Source: Vicugna vicugna (lineage: Eukaryota). Taken from it: a stretch of 64,000 nucleotides of DNA. Shown here one piece after another: positions 36,218 through 48,682 of the stretch; position 1 is the first letter of the stretch, and every line of letters starts with the position of its first letter. The translations under genes and the position numbers were made by a program. The DNA is taken from assembly GCA_013265495.1 (NCBI GenBank), contig MU058669.1, forward strand, positions 416,056 to 480,055, in the 5' to 3' direction. The notes under the pieces were generated by a model. It was not told where the DNA came from. It was given only the letters and a program-made list of their open reading frames with translations, and searched no databases.

Positions 36218-36699
36218 GTATCACTGAGTTAAAAACATTAGTAAAACACCAGACACATTGGGTTGATTTTACAAAAGTTCACTGTAAATGCTGCCTCCTG
36301 GTTTTACTGTGAGCTTCTTAGTATCTTTCACATCATTGTATTCCAAACATAATTTCTGTAATACTTATAGGTGTTTTCAATATTTAGTGGATGAATGATA
36401 ATTTCATTTACTAAAAAGGGGAGGGCAATTCCTGGAAATGGTGGGAAAGACTAGCATTTGGAGTATAAAAGATAACTAAGATGGCAACTGAAGTGACCCA
36501 AATTTCACTCTAGTTAAGGCATTGATGGCTCTGGTTCAGATCCTGATGGTTCTCTGCAGAGTGATGCATTAAATAATTAGCAGCCTTTACCAAGGATTTT
36601 ACTAGGTGTACCTTGATACATGAATACCTTGATACCCTGAAGCATGCAGCTTCAGACTCACCTTCTATAGGAAGTCTTCCATCCTCACTCTACTACATT

Positions 36700-37310
36700 G
36701 TGACTGGTGTTCATTGGAACTCTTGGTTACAGGTGGTAGGAATCCAAATCAAACGCATCTGAGAAATAAACAAACAAACAAAAGTGGTAACCAAAAATTT
36801 TAAAACCAAACATGACCTGAATTTATTGGCTAGCATAACTGAAAATCTCTAGAAGTTGTCTAACTTCAGGTAATGCTGGATCCAGGTGTTTAAATGATGT
36901 CAATAGGATTTGTTCTCACTACATCCTCAGCTTTGCTTTCCTTTGTGTTGACTTCATTTTCAGGCAGGCTCTGCCCCTGTGGTACACCCCAGAAAATTCA
37001 GGCTTGCGTGTAACCAGCTTAGCAACTTCCGGTGAAAGAGTATCTCTTTCTCAACACTTCTGGCAGAAGTCTTGGGATGGATTCTGATTGCTCCATCTTG
37101 AATCAGATGCCCATTCCTGAACCAATACTGTAGCTATGGAACTGGAACACCCCATGATTAGCCTGAGTTCATGTGCTAACCATGAAGATGAGACAATCTC
37201 ACTGGAGCCACATAGACTGAGAATAAGGGAGGAGTGGTACCCAAAGGAAATGGAGAAACTGTTTTCAGAGAATAGGAGTTGACGCTAGGCAGGCCCAAAC
37301 CATAGAATTT
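36700..37310 (-). mobile_element. Old MaLR LTR (MLT1J/K-like)
   Basis: GGAACTCTTGGTTACAGG...AATTTATTGGCT...AACTTCAGG...CTGGATCCAGG...CCCATTCCTGAACCAAT. Confidence 0.7.
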
Positions 37311-39599
37311 TCTCTTCCAAGATCACGTAGAGAATAGGAGGCAGAAATAGGACTAAAATCCAGCCTCTTGAATCGCAAAGAAATCTTGTTCTTAAGTCAA
37401 AAAGGCTGTAGCATGAGGGCTAGATCTGCAAGTAAAACTCTCAAGCCTTGTGGGATTTCCCAGAAAAATGATGAGGAGTATGGAGGTGGAGAGCTGGCAG
37501 AAACAGACATTTCCTGTTCTAATGAGAAACTCACTCAGAATTGGAAGGCCACCAAGTCTAACTTCTCCATTCTCCTTACAACATCCTCTCCAGGTGGCTG
37601 GACAGCCTCTCCCTGTTTGCCCCCAGGAACAGGAAACATAATCCTTCTTTAGACAGTCATTTTTTGATACTTCTGACCATTAAAAATAAATATCCCTATT
37701 TTGAGTTCAACCTGTCTTCCTGTAGCTCACACCTCCTTGTCCTGGGAGTCCCAGAGAACACGTCAAACTCCTTTGGAATGGCCTAGAATAAAAGAGCATA
37801 AAGATTGGGGATCAGAAGAACATGGTTCTGATGCAGTCCTCTATGAGGAGAGCAAGGAAAATGTGATCAGACAAAAGACTGAAGGTCACAGACCGTCATC
37901 ATCACCTGTCAGGCACTTATTATAGGCACTAAAGGTATTATCTGATTTTATTCTTATAATGAGAATTTGAGATAAATACTATTATTATTCCCATTATACG
38001 GACGAGAAAGCTGGTGCTACCAGAGCTTGAGTCACATGTCCTGGGTCACACAGCTAATTGAAGTAGTAGAGTCAGAATGTGGATTCCAGTCCTGACTCTG
38101 CCACTTAAATTAATGTGATTCTCACGTGTGTGTCCCCATCCAACACATCACCCATGAGAAAGATGTGACAGTGGGCTTTAACTGACTCAGCCTAAAGGCT
38201 CTGGGGTTGGTAGGTATATTTGGTTTTTCCCTCTTTCAGAGGGTTGCTGAGCAGTTCTTGGCTTCATTAACCTCTTTGTGGGATAGAGAGAGCTGCTGAT
38301 TGTGCCAGAATCAGCCAAGAGCAGCCCCACAGCCAAAGGCCCCCTCACAGCCCAATGTCCCGTGGAAGATGTTTTCCTAAACATATCTTTCCCTCTTCCC
38401 TGGTCCAGAGATGAAATAACCCACAGGCAGCACTCCAGACAGACAGAAAAATGAAGGAGAAAGCAATGCATATTATAAGAGCATAAAAAGGATGAAGCTC
38501 TGTTTATTCAGATTGGGAAACAGATTCCAGGAACAATACATCTGCCCCAGTGTAATTATCCTGAAAGTGGTCGGCATTTTACTCAGCTCCAAAACTCATA
38601 AAGAGGCTTCAAGGAGACGGATGCTCTGGGGACTGTTTTATCAAAAGGGACTTAATAGGTAAGGTTTCTAGATCAAACTCAGCTCTTAATTGAATCGGCA
38701 AAAACCTGGGGGAAAAAAAAGTAAAATGGAATTTTATGAAACAGCAGGACACATTTTGGATATGCAGATTAAAAAGCAAGGGTAGAAACTGACCCAGATA
38801 CCTGCAGAATATCTCCGCACTGCTGGCTGGTATTAGTGAGAGTAGAAAGAAATGAAGTTATTGGAATACTAAACCCCTAGCTTGGAAGAAACACGGAGCT
38901 TTCATCTGTTCTTTTTTATTCAATTCATTTAAATTTAATTCAACTTTTTTTTTCCCATCAAATGATGATTAAGAACCTACTATGCACCAGGCACTGTGTT
39001 AAGTACTGGGGATGCAATGGAGAAGATAACATGGCCCTTCCTTCAAGGAGCTATACCATCCCTGAGTGCATCGCAGGGTCCGAGGCTCAAGTCCCTACCT
39101 AACCATGTTAGCAGGAAGTGTCTGTTCCTCAACCCCCATACTCCTCTTTACTTTTCTGAGAAATCCTATGAGGCTTAATAGCTTAGTAACAGAGTCAACC
39201 TTCACGTTCCAGCCTGTTTGACCTTAGAACTGATTAGCATGGGATTCAAGAGGCTGGATTCCAGTCTTTTTCTCTGCCTCCTACTCTCTGTCTGATCTTG
39301 GGAAAGAAAATTCTATTCCTACATGGAAGGAAACTGAACCTCAGGGAAGACGTTCCTCCTCTTGCTCCCCAACCTCCTTGTTATGTTTAAATCTTGATCC
39401 TTCCACTTACAAGCTGTGTGCCCATGAGCAAGTTGTTTAACTCCTTTTTCTCAGTTCTATCGTATGTAAATAGGACTAGGAAAGTTTTTGTTAAGATAAA
39501 TGTATGTGAAATGTTTACAATAGTGGAAGTTATATAATAAACACACGCTAGACATGAACTGTATTAGAACACTGTGGACCACTTTCTCAGAGTACTGAT

Positions 39600-39785
39600 C
39601 ACCATTTATTATAAATTATTTATATGTTTAAGTGGCTATTAGGTTTCTATCTGTCTCTCCCATTAGACTGTAAATGCCATAAGGGCTGTTTTACCTACTG
39701 CTATATTCCCAATGTCCACCTCGGTGACTGGCATATAATAGGAGCTCAATAAATATTTGTTTAATGGGTTAATGAATGAATGCAT
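39600..39785 (+). mobile_element. L2 3' end
   Basis: TGTCTCTCCCATTAGACTGTAA...CTGGCATATAATAGGAGCTCAATAAATATTTGTT...AATGAATGAATG. Confidence 0.85.
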
Positions 39786-40524
39786 TTTTCCCTCAATCCA
39801 TCTCAGATTGCAGAGGAAAAAAGAATCTGAAGGACTGCCAGAGCATCTGCTCCCCGAGGTTTTCTCAAACAAGCTCCAACAGCTGTTTGTGCTAGAAGCC
39901 ACCATAAAAAGCATTCTTAAAAGCGAGAGGGAGAGAACAGCAGTAACGGAGAGATCTATGGCCCAGCTGGGATCCTCGATCTATGGCTGCAGCTAGACTC
40001 AGGAGAGGGAAGGGGGAAGGGCAGGAACGCAGAGGCCAGGGCTGAAGAAAGGAAGACAGAGGCATAATTTTGAATCAGAGATGGAGCAAGATGCTCAGCA
40101 AGGCAGAGACAGTCATCCAGAAAGGCCCTCTGTTGTTGTCACTGACAAAGACAGAGTGGGAGAAGGTAAGGAGAAAAGACAAGTGTTTGAACTGGCAGCT
40201 AATTCCCCAAATCCTTGAGGGTTTTTGAGAGATAGAGAGTAATGCAGGCTTCAGCCTTGGCTGGTTGATTTACAACCAGTGAGAGTTGAGCCACACTGGA
40301 GCGGAGCACGTGAGGCGGCTGTGTGGCCTGGAACTTCTTGAAGCCATGCCTGGGACTTCCCTGGAGAACAGGATGGTGAGCAGACCAAAGGATGCAGGAG
40401 CTGCCTGCTCCAGTGGGACGTGAACAGTTCTCAGAGGCAGGGAAATCACACTGGAGGACTGAGAGTGCCTCTGTAATTACCCTCATGCCTAACTGGGAGC
40501 TATGTATGTTTTGACTCAAAAGAT

Positions 40525-40602
40525 TCTTCCTTCCTTCCTCCCTCCCTCCCTCCCTCACTCCATTCCTCCCTCTCTTTCTTCCTTCTCTTCTTCTTTCTTT
40601 CT
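40525..40602. repeat. CT-rich polypyrimidine simple repeat
   Basis: TTCC/CCCT/CTT runs. Confidence 0.85.
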
Positions 40603-41477
40603 GATTTATTGAGCATTCAGAATGTACAAGGCCAACAGGGAAGCACAGATTAAATAAGACATGATTCTTAACTCTAAAAGAGCTCTCAGTGATATAGCAT
40701 AAAGAAAAGAAAAGCAGGGAGCAGAATGAAAGTTACAGTATAAGATCATTTATATAAGCTCCATTTTTTATTTTTTTATTTGTTCATGATAATGTAATTA
40801 ACACATACTTACAGATATAAATGTTAAACGAATTTGGCAGAAATAATCCAAACTTCTGACTGAGGTTGCTAGGGGGTAAGGTGGGAAGGAAATGAAATCA
40901 GGGATGGAGAGCCAAGTAGGGTTTTGTCTTTATATGAGCAATACGTTGCTTATTTTATTTTTAAGAAGTTAGACAAATATTTTTGAATGCTCAGTTTTAG
41001 ATGGTGGCTACTTAGTTATTTGGTTTATGTTGTTCTTTTAAAATTTCCCAGAGTTAGAAAAAAATAAAAGCTCAAGAAATTGAATAATTGATTGTAATTC
41101 AGTAATACAAGCCACTTTTCTATTTTTCTTCTTCCACATTAGTCCCAGAAAATGGAAGTAGCAGGGATGATCAGAGGTCAAACAACCACTCTTTTTCAGA
41201 CTCCCAGTCCATCTATCCTCCAGCCCATATTTTTAGGAACAAAATCTCCAGGATTGACTCAGATAAGCTACTTTACACTAAGTAAGATTAAAATAATACT
41301 TGTTCCATGAAATACCTGCATCTTCCAGAGACCTCCAGAAGTTAGCAACGTGGGTAGTTCAGGCAGGAAGGGTGTGAGAGCTGGGAAAAAAAGTGAACAG
41401 AATCCTCTGAGCATCTGCGGATAGGAGGCCCTGACCATTTATGGTCTTTCTCTCCTAAAATACCCTAGTTTGTAGGC

Positions 41478-41670
41478 AAGTGATACAATGAAAAGAGCAC
41501 AGACTTTGGAGTCCAACAGAACTGGGATAGGGGCCCCTACACAGCTGTGTGACCAAGGGAAAATAACTCTCTGGACTTTAGTTCTCTCATCTGTAAAATG
41601 GGGACAATAGTATTTCCCAAAGTTGTTGTGAGGTTTAAATGACCTCATGGAAGTTAAGTGTCCAGCAAGC
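41478..41670 (+). mobile_element. MIR SINE
   Basis: AAGAGCACAGACTTTGGAGTC...GCTGTGTGACC...CTCATCTGTAAAATGGGGACAATA. Confidence 0.88.
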
Positions 41671-42084
41671 CCAGCCTGTTTACCCAGAAATCATTAGCTT
41701 CTAAGCACATGTTAGTCCCTTCTTTCTTACTCTGATTCCTCAGAGTAACATTTCAAATACGGCTCCAAGAGCCAACTTAATAAATGACCATGGTGGCCAG
41801 GACTTCTTCATTCTTAAAAACCTTCCTTCATGGAGAAAGTAGCATTGTACATGGCAAAGATGGTGTAGATGCTGGGCCCAAACAAGTCTCGGGCCTAGGA
41901 GGAGGCAGGAGTCCGAGGAACATAGAACAGCAGAGCTGGAAGGCACATTTCTGGTCCTCAGGCACTAGCTCCCTAACTTCACTGTGCATGACCTGGGAAG
42001 GCTGTATATCTCCCAGATTCTTGAGCCTCCAATCAGAATGGTTGAGACTGGGACACAGGAATCTCTTTTTCTGAGAAAGCTCTC

Positions 42085-42700
42085 CCCAAAATGCAATTTA
42101 AAACAAGGACATATCTTTTTAATCCATCCGATGGCAAAAAAAAAAAAAAATGATGACATCAAATGTTGGTGAGGCTACAGGGAAACGTGTGCTCCAACCA
42201 CAGCTGCTGGATGCAGCCACTTTGGAAGGCAATTCAAGTTGTTAAAAACCCTGCTGCCCTGGGATCCATGTCACGAGACTGTGCACAAAGAGGTACATCC
42301 CAGGATGTTTGTTGTAGGATTGTTTGAAAGAGTGAAAAGCTGGGAACAAACTGAAGTCCATCAGGGAGGTATGTCTGAAGGAACTATGATATACCTGAAT
42401 CTTTCAAGTTAACAAGGATGAGGTCAATCTCCACATACTGACTGAGAAAAGCTCCAAGAAGCACTGTGTTCCAAAAAGCCAAGTTGCAACATAATCATAC
42501 AATGTGACATTTGTATAAAAACAGTGACAACAAAGTAGATGATACTACATAGACTCAATAGGTGCCATTATGTTTATAAATATACAGGAGAAGGTTTGGG
42601 AAGATACTGCTAACCTGATACCTAGAAGGCCTGGGGGAGAGTGGAAAGGGTATTTTAGCTTTACATGTGTCTTAATTTTTTTCATTGTGGAATTCCAGCA
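42085..42700 (+). mobile_element. L1ME-like fragment
   Basis: AAATGTTGGTGAGG...CCACTTTGGAAGGCAAT...AGGATGTTTGTTGTAG...GGAACAAACTGAAGTCCATCA. Confidence 0.65.
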
Positions 42701-42898
42701 ATTTAATTATAATATTATTGGAATTAAATGATATTGAAATAGTTAATTCCAATTGTGTTCAATTTTTTCCAGGGCATAGAAAAACATAGAAGACTTCCTA
42801 ATACTTTTTAATGATGTGGATGTAATACTGACAATAAAACTGGGAAAACATTATAAAACTACAGTATGTATGTCTTAATTTTTTACCAGGAGAACGTA

Positions 42899-43260
42899 AG
42901 TCTTAGTTCAGGCTGCTATAACAAAAATAGCATATACTGGGCAGCTTATAAACAACATAAATTTATTTCTCACAGTTCTGGAGGTTCAGAGTGTGCAATC
43001 AGGGTACCAGCATGTCTGAGTTCTGATGAGAGCCCTCTTTGGGATTGTAGACTGCCCATTTCTCATTGTATCTTTACGTGGCAGAATGAGCTAGCTAACT
43101 CTCTCGTCTCTTCTTTACAAGGACACTAATCCCATTCATGAAGGCTCCACCCTCATGACCTAACCATCTCTCAAAGATCTCACCTCTAAATACCATCCCA
43201 TTGGGATTAGAATTCCAACATATAAATTTTGGGGGGACATAAACATTCAGTTCATTGCCA
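42899..43260 (-). mobile_element. MaLR solo LTR (MLT1A-like)
   Basis: GTCTTAGTTCAGGCTGCTATAACAAAA...TTTATTTCTCACAGTTCTGGAGG...CACTAATCCCATTCATGAAGGCTCCACCCTCATGACCTAA. Confidence 0.9.
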
Positions 43261-44919
43261 CATTTGTTCATTACTGAAGTAAACAGTTTTGAAATGGCTT
43301 TACTGAGGCATAATTGTCATACAATAAACTGCTCATAGTTCAAGTACACAATTTGGTAAGTTGCAGCACATGTACACACTTGCAAAACCATCATTATAAT
43401 CAAAATAATGAACACGTTAGTCACACTCAAAAGTTTCCTCATGTGACAAAATTTTGTTCAACGACACAAAGAGACACTAGGAAGAAAAGACCTCTCCTTT
43501 GCTGGGTCTTGTTTCTACCAACGATGCCTGGAATAGTGTCAGCCAACTAGTGACCCGGGGGACAAAGTAGTTCACTTTGGAACAGAACCAAAACACATGA
43601 GGATGGCAGATGGGAAACATGGAAAGAACCTGGGTCCTCGATAATATTGCTGAGCCACTGAATTAACTAGCCCAGAAACTACCCTCCTTTGGAACTTCTC
43701 ATTATAAAATGGAACAAAATGTTCCGTATTGTTTAAGGCTATTTGAATTGAGTTTTCTGTTACTTATAGCCAAAAAAAAAAAAAGCATCTGAAAAGATGT
43801 CCTTTGAGAAGTAAACGGGGGACTGGTATCCTTGCTTTAGAAGGGAGAAAATTAGAAACAGAGCAAATGTTATGAGGAAGTCAGAGATGATGGGCAGAGG
43901 AAAGAACTGCTCAAGGTAGGATGTGACCTGGGGCAGCCAGGAGACATGGCTAGAAGGCTAGAACATTTAAGTATTCCTCCTGGGTACCCATGACATCACT
44001 TGGGAAGATGTGTAGGGACTTTCTGCAGGCAAGCTGGGAGGGAGCTTGGACTGTTGTTATTTAAGCATCGAAGGGAAGTGAGACCCCTGAGAGTTAAGGA
44101 GGTGGAGGCATCTGGGTTACCCTCGAACACCCTGATTCCCAGTTTCGCCACCTGTAGAAAGCATACAATAGCTTCTTCCGTGACTACCTATAGGGTTACT
44201 GTGAGAATGGTATGACCTGAGAAAAGGCAGAAAGGGCTGCAAAAACACAACAAAAATGTTCATCTCTATCTTTTGCTTTCTACCTGTCAGAGCAAATCTA
44301 TTGAACCAAGTCATCTGGGTGTCTCCAAGAAGCAGCTATATACAATTTATAAGCCTTAGCTATAGGCAAGCCAGAAATTTTTCAGAAAGACAGGTCCATC
44401 CTTAGACCCACTGGCAATATGTCAATGAACTTTCCTTCCGTGTTTGGACGTGTGCGTAAGTGTCCAGATGGTTAGAAATGTAATCAGAGAGTACGTGGCC
44501 GTGTAGGCAGTATGCATCTGTGTGTTCTGTGTTTGTGTGGGGGGCGGGGGGAGTACGGGGTATAGCAGAGTGCGGCTGAAGAACAATCAGGGTCAGGCAA
44601 ACCTGAGTGCGAGTCCAAACTGTTACTTCCTAGCTCCGTGACCTTGAAGACATTCTTCAACCTCTCTGAGCCTCAAGTTCTTCACCAGTAAAATGGGATC
44701 GCTATGAGTTGCAAAAAAGTCAATGAACTTTAAAGTGCTCTGCAGGGTACAAAAAAATGTATCTGAGATGTGTATGAATGAACCTGTGTATGTTACGTGC
44801 ATTTCAGTGTGTGTGTAGTGGGGTGGGTATGAATAATGTGTGTGTAGGAGGTGGACTTGTGGGTGTGTATATTTATATCCATGGGTGCTATGTCTGATTG
44901 TGTGTCTAGCCAATGTGCG

Positions 44920-45030
44920 AGAGGGAAGGAGGGAAGGAGGGAAGGAGGGTGCAATAGTGAGGAATGAGTGAGAAAGAAAAGGCTAGAGGAGGGAAATTAG
45001 GAAGGAAGGAGGGAAGTGAGACAGTGAGAG
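44920..45030. repeat. GA-rich polypurine simple repeat (preceded by a GT-rich tract, 44750-44910)
   Basis: GAGGGAAG repeats. Confidence 0.8.
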
Positions 45031-47671
45031 ACTAGGTCTTGCTGTTCTTTCCGGAAGCCTCTGCCAGCTCCAGGGATGCAGACTGGAATGGGTTCAGAAA
45101 CCTCAGGGGCTCTCCCTGGAGCCAGTCCATCTGCTGGTTTCTTTGTCCCAGAATCACCTCTCTGCACTTAGAGACGTTTTCTGGGAGGCTGGGACTGAGA
45201 AGGGGTGTGTTCTGAGCGGTGAGGTGCATTTCCTTGGTTCTTCCAGGGGTAAAGGGCTGCTCCACCTCGGAGTGCTCTGTGTCATCTGCACCTGAGCACC
45301 CCCAAAGCCACGCCCACCTCTGCTTGCTACTCACAATTTCCACAGCAGCCTGCCTCTTACTACCTCTCTTCCTCTGGTCCCTCCCATTCCTTCAGGCCAC
45401 CCTGCACACAGCCACCCAGCCTTGCATTCATAAGATACAGGGTTCCCCATCGTTCTCTGCCTGGAAGGCTCTGGGCATGATATGTCCCTCTGATTATTCA
45501 AGCTGAGCTCAAATATCCCCTCCTCAGGGAGGTCTCCTATGACCTTCTAGCCTACAGCAACTCTACTCTCCTTCCCCAGCTGTCAGTTCAAAATTATATT
45601 TTACTTTGAGTTGTGAAAAATAACACACACAGAGCAAAGCACATAGAACACAGATGTACAGCATGGTGGGTGGTTATAAGCCAAACACAATGTAACTGCC
45701 AACTCCATTAAGAAATAAAGTATTGCCTGTACCCTAGAAAGAGCCTCTCTTCCACCCCTAAATGGTTCCTCCCAGACATACCCACTTCTTTTTCTTTAAG
45801 GTAGCCACTACCTTGACCGTCTGGTAATCCAATAATTGATTATTAAGCTGATTATTGAGCTATTGTCTCCCTGCCTCAAACCCACCATTCTGCAAACCCA
45901 CCCCTCCCCTCCCTGACTCCCTTCCTCTTAGAAGCTGCCAAAGGCCGAGGCACTCGAAGAAAACAGCAAGCCTGGAGGAGGGAGCAAGGACTTGCTTCCT
46001 ATTTGCTTTCTGTACCTGTCAGCTTCACCACAGCAAGGCAGTTTAAATATAAAAGCAGGCAACTGCCTTCCCAGTCTCCATTCCTTTGCTTTTCTAGAGC
46101 CTAGACTCTGATCTTGGGGAACCAAGCCTTATTTTACAGGTGACAATATGGGAGACTTGGGGAGTGTTATGTTAGATGTCAACCATAGAGACACACAGTG
46201 TGCTTTCTTTGTGTGTTGTGTGACATGAAGCAAAGTTTGAGACCTCTTTTTAAAGCCCAGTTTCCTCATCTATGAAACAGGAATGAGCCATTCTCACTGA
46301 CTGTCGTGAGTCTGAAGTAAGACCGTGTGCCTAAGGGACCAAGTACATCGCACATGCTGAACGGCCATAAAGCGAGGACTCCTGCTAAAGCTGTTATCAT
46401 GGTTGCAAGTGGGTCCTGTCCCTGTTGGAGGACTCCTCCAGCAAGCCCAGTCCTGGGAAGGAAGGAGCAAGTCACTTGGATCCAAAGCCCTTGGCAGTGA
46501 GCTTAGGGTGGGTGGGCAGGAGCAACGACCAGCCTGAGGCATGATCAGAGGCAGGTGAGAAAACTGAGACTCAGGAAGCGAGAGACTACACAGCAGAGTG
46601 AGGGTGAGGAAAGAGGCCCAGACAGGCCTCCCTGCCCAGGACCTTTGACCACACACTGTCTCCCCAGCACCAGCCAAAATGTTCTCTGAGAAAGTCCCGC
46701 TACCCTTCCCCTGGGGATCTGCAACATGCCTTCAGCATTTCCGTGGAGTGCTTCCGCTAATTCTCCAGACCTAATTACATTCAATTTACTTGAATTTTAT
46801 CAGAGTGCCAGTCAGCAGTGTTCTTGATAAGCCGCTCTGAAATCAAGCAGAAGCCAGTGAGGTCTTGATTGGAGATGCTGTCTCACTCTCTAGGTGATTC
46901 CAAGTGACCCTGGAAAGTCTGATAACCCCACAGTGCCATTCCTGAGCCTGCACTGTCCGGTCAAAGCCCCGGGGAGACTGGCCAGAGCAGGAGGAGACTG
47001 GCAGTAGCCTTAGTATGAAAACTGACATGTTTTCTAACTCTTGCAAATTTCTGTTACTGTTCAGACCACAAAAAGCAGCAGTAAATGCCCAGAGTTTGCT
47101 TTGAGTGATAGGACTGAGCAGTCCTAAAAGCTGGGACTGTGTGTGAGAGTCCAGGTGTGGCTCTAACTGTGGGCCAATGTCATCCAAAGGCCAACCCACA
47201 GTGGCCAATGGCATCCTCTGTGTCTTTGGAATGATTATGGATCAATAAAGCCATGATTGCTCCCTTGCCTGGAGCACCGCGCTGCATTTATCAGGTAAAG
47301 GAAATAGTCTATCAATAACAATAACAATTTACACTCAGCAAACAGTTATTTAACCGCATGTTGATTTCATTAAGGCTGGATCACAGTTATCATCATAATA
47401 ACAGTGTGTGCTTCCCACTTTCCCATTTAAGAATGAAAGGTTTGAGAGTGCAGCCCTTGTCTGATGCGCTGACATTGAATTTTGAGCTATTAGCTCATCC
47501 CTAGGAGGAAGAAAGGAAAAAGGCTTGGGCAAATGTTGGATTCAAAGCACTTAATGTCATGACTCTGATTAGTTAATCAGTTAATTAATTAGCCAAATAT
47601 CTGTGAGCATGTACAATCTGCCACACACCATGCTAGATGCCAAGAGTGTAGTAGTTGGACAAGACACGCTC

Positions 47672-48220
47672 AGTGTATACATTATCTGTTGCCACGGAAC
47701 AGTATTACTACAAACTTAGCAGCTTAAAATTACACACATTTGTGAGCTCAGAGTTTCTGGGAGTCAGGAATCCCAGGTACAGCTTAGCAAGATCATCTAT
47801 AAGTTTGCAATTAAGGTGTCAACCAGGGCTGGGTTCTCATTTGACTTGGGTAGGGATTCACTTTCAAGTTCATGTAGGTATTAGCAGGGCTCTGGTCCTC
47901 ACAGGCTAAGACTAAGAGTTGTAGTTCCTAGCTAGTTGCTGGCTGGAGCTTGCCTCAGTTCCCTGCCATGTGGCCCACCCCAACATAGTCCCTTGCTTCA
48001 TCAAAGCCAGCAAGAGAGGTGGTTTCCTAGCACGACAGACATGACAGTTTAATGTAACTTACTGACAGACTTGACACTCTATCACCTTTGCCACATTGCA
48101 TAGGTTAGAAGGAAGTCACAGGTCCTGCCCGCACTCAAGATGGTGGGGTGGGGATTACATGTGGGTATGAGTTTAGGAGACAAGGATAATTCAGGACCAT
48201 CTTAGGGTCTGTACACTATA
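47672..48220 (-). mobile_element. MaLR LTR (MLT1F/G-like)
   Basis: TTACTACAAACTTAGCAGCTTAAA...CAGAGTTTCTGGGAGTCAGGAAT...TCACCTTTGCCACATT...GTTAGAAGGAAGTCAC. Confidence 0.75.
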
Positions 48221-48505
48221 CCTAGTCTCTGCTGTGGCTCAGTTTGCACAGGGCAGACAGCCACAAAGTATAGTTACTATGAAGTGTGACTCAGGCTACA
48301 AAAGGGGAATTAACCAGGTGATGCCTCCCTCACTCAGTCTACTGAAAGCATATCTAAGCCTGAAGTATGAGAAGGAATTGCTCAAATCATTTGTGAGGTA
48401 GGTGTGGAAGGGGCATGGACTGTGTGCTGCACAGAAGATTTCAGGCAGAGGAACTCTAAACTTATAAAATGTTAGAGCAAAAGAGAGACTTAGTGATTAT
48501 CTAGT

Positions 48506-48682
48506 CAGCTGGTTCTCAATCCTGGATGCACACTGACATCATCTGAAGAGCTTTATAAATCACGCAGGTCCAAGTCCTACACCAGAGGCTCTGATGAATT
48601 GGTCTCAGGTGAGCTAGGCACTGGGCGTTTTAAAAGCTCCCTAGGTGACTTTAATGTGCAGTCATGGCTGAGACCACAGCTA
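48506..48682. mobile_element. MER5-like MITE
   Basis: GGTTCTCAATCCTGGATGCACA...TTTTAAAAGCTCCCTAGGTGACTTTAATGTGCAG...TGAGACCAC. Confidence 0.8.

Noticed and set aside
36609..36641. 16-bp tandem duplication TACCTTGATAC(A/CC)TGAA (similar one at 18450-18478)
   Set aside because: Ordinary replication-slippage duplications with no sign of function.
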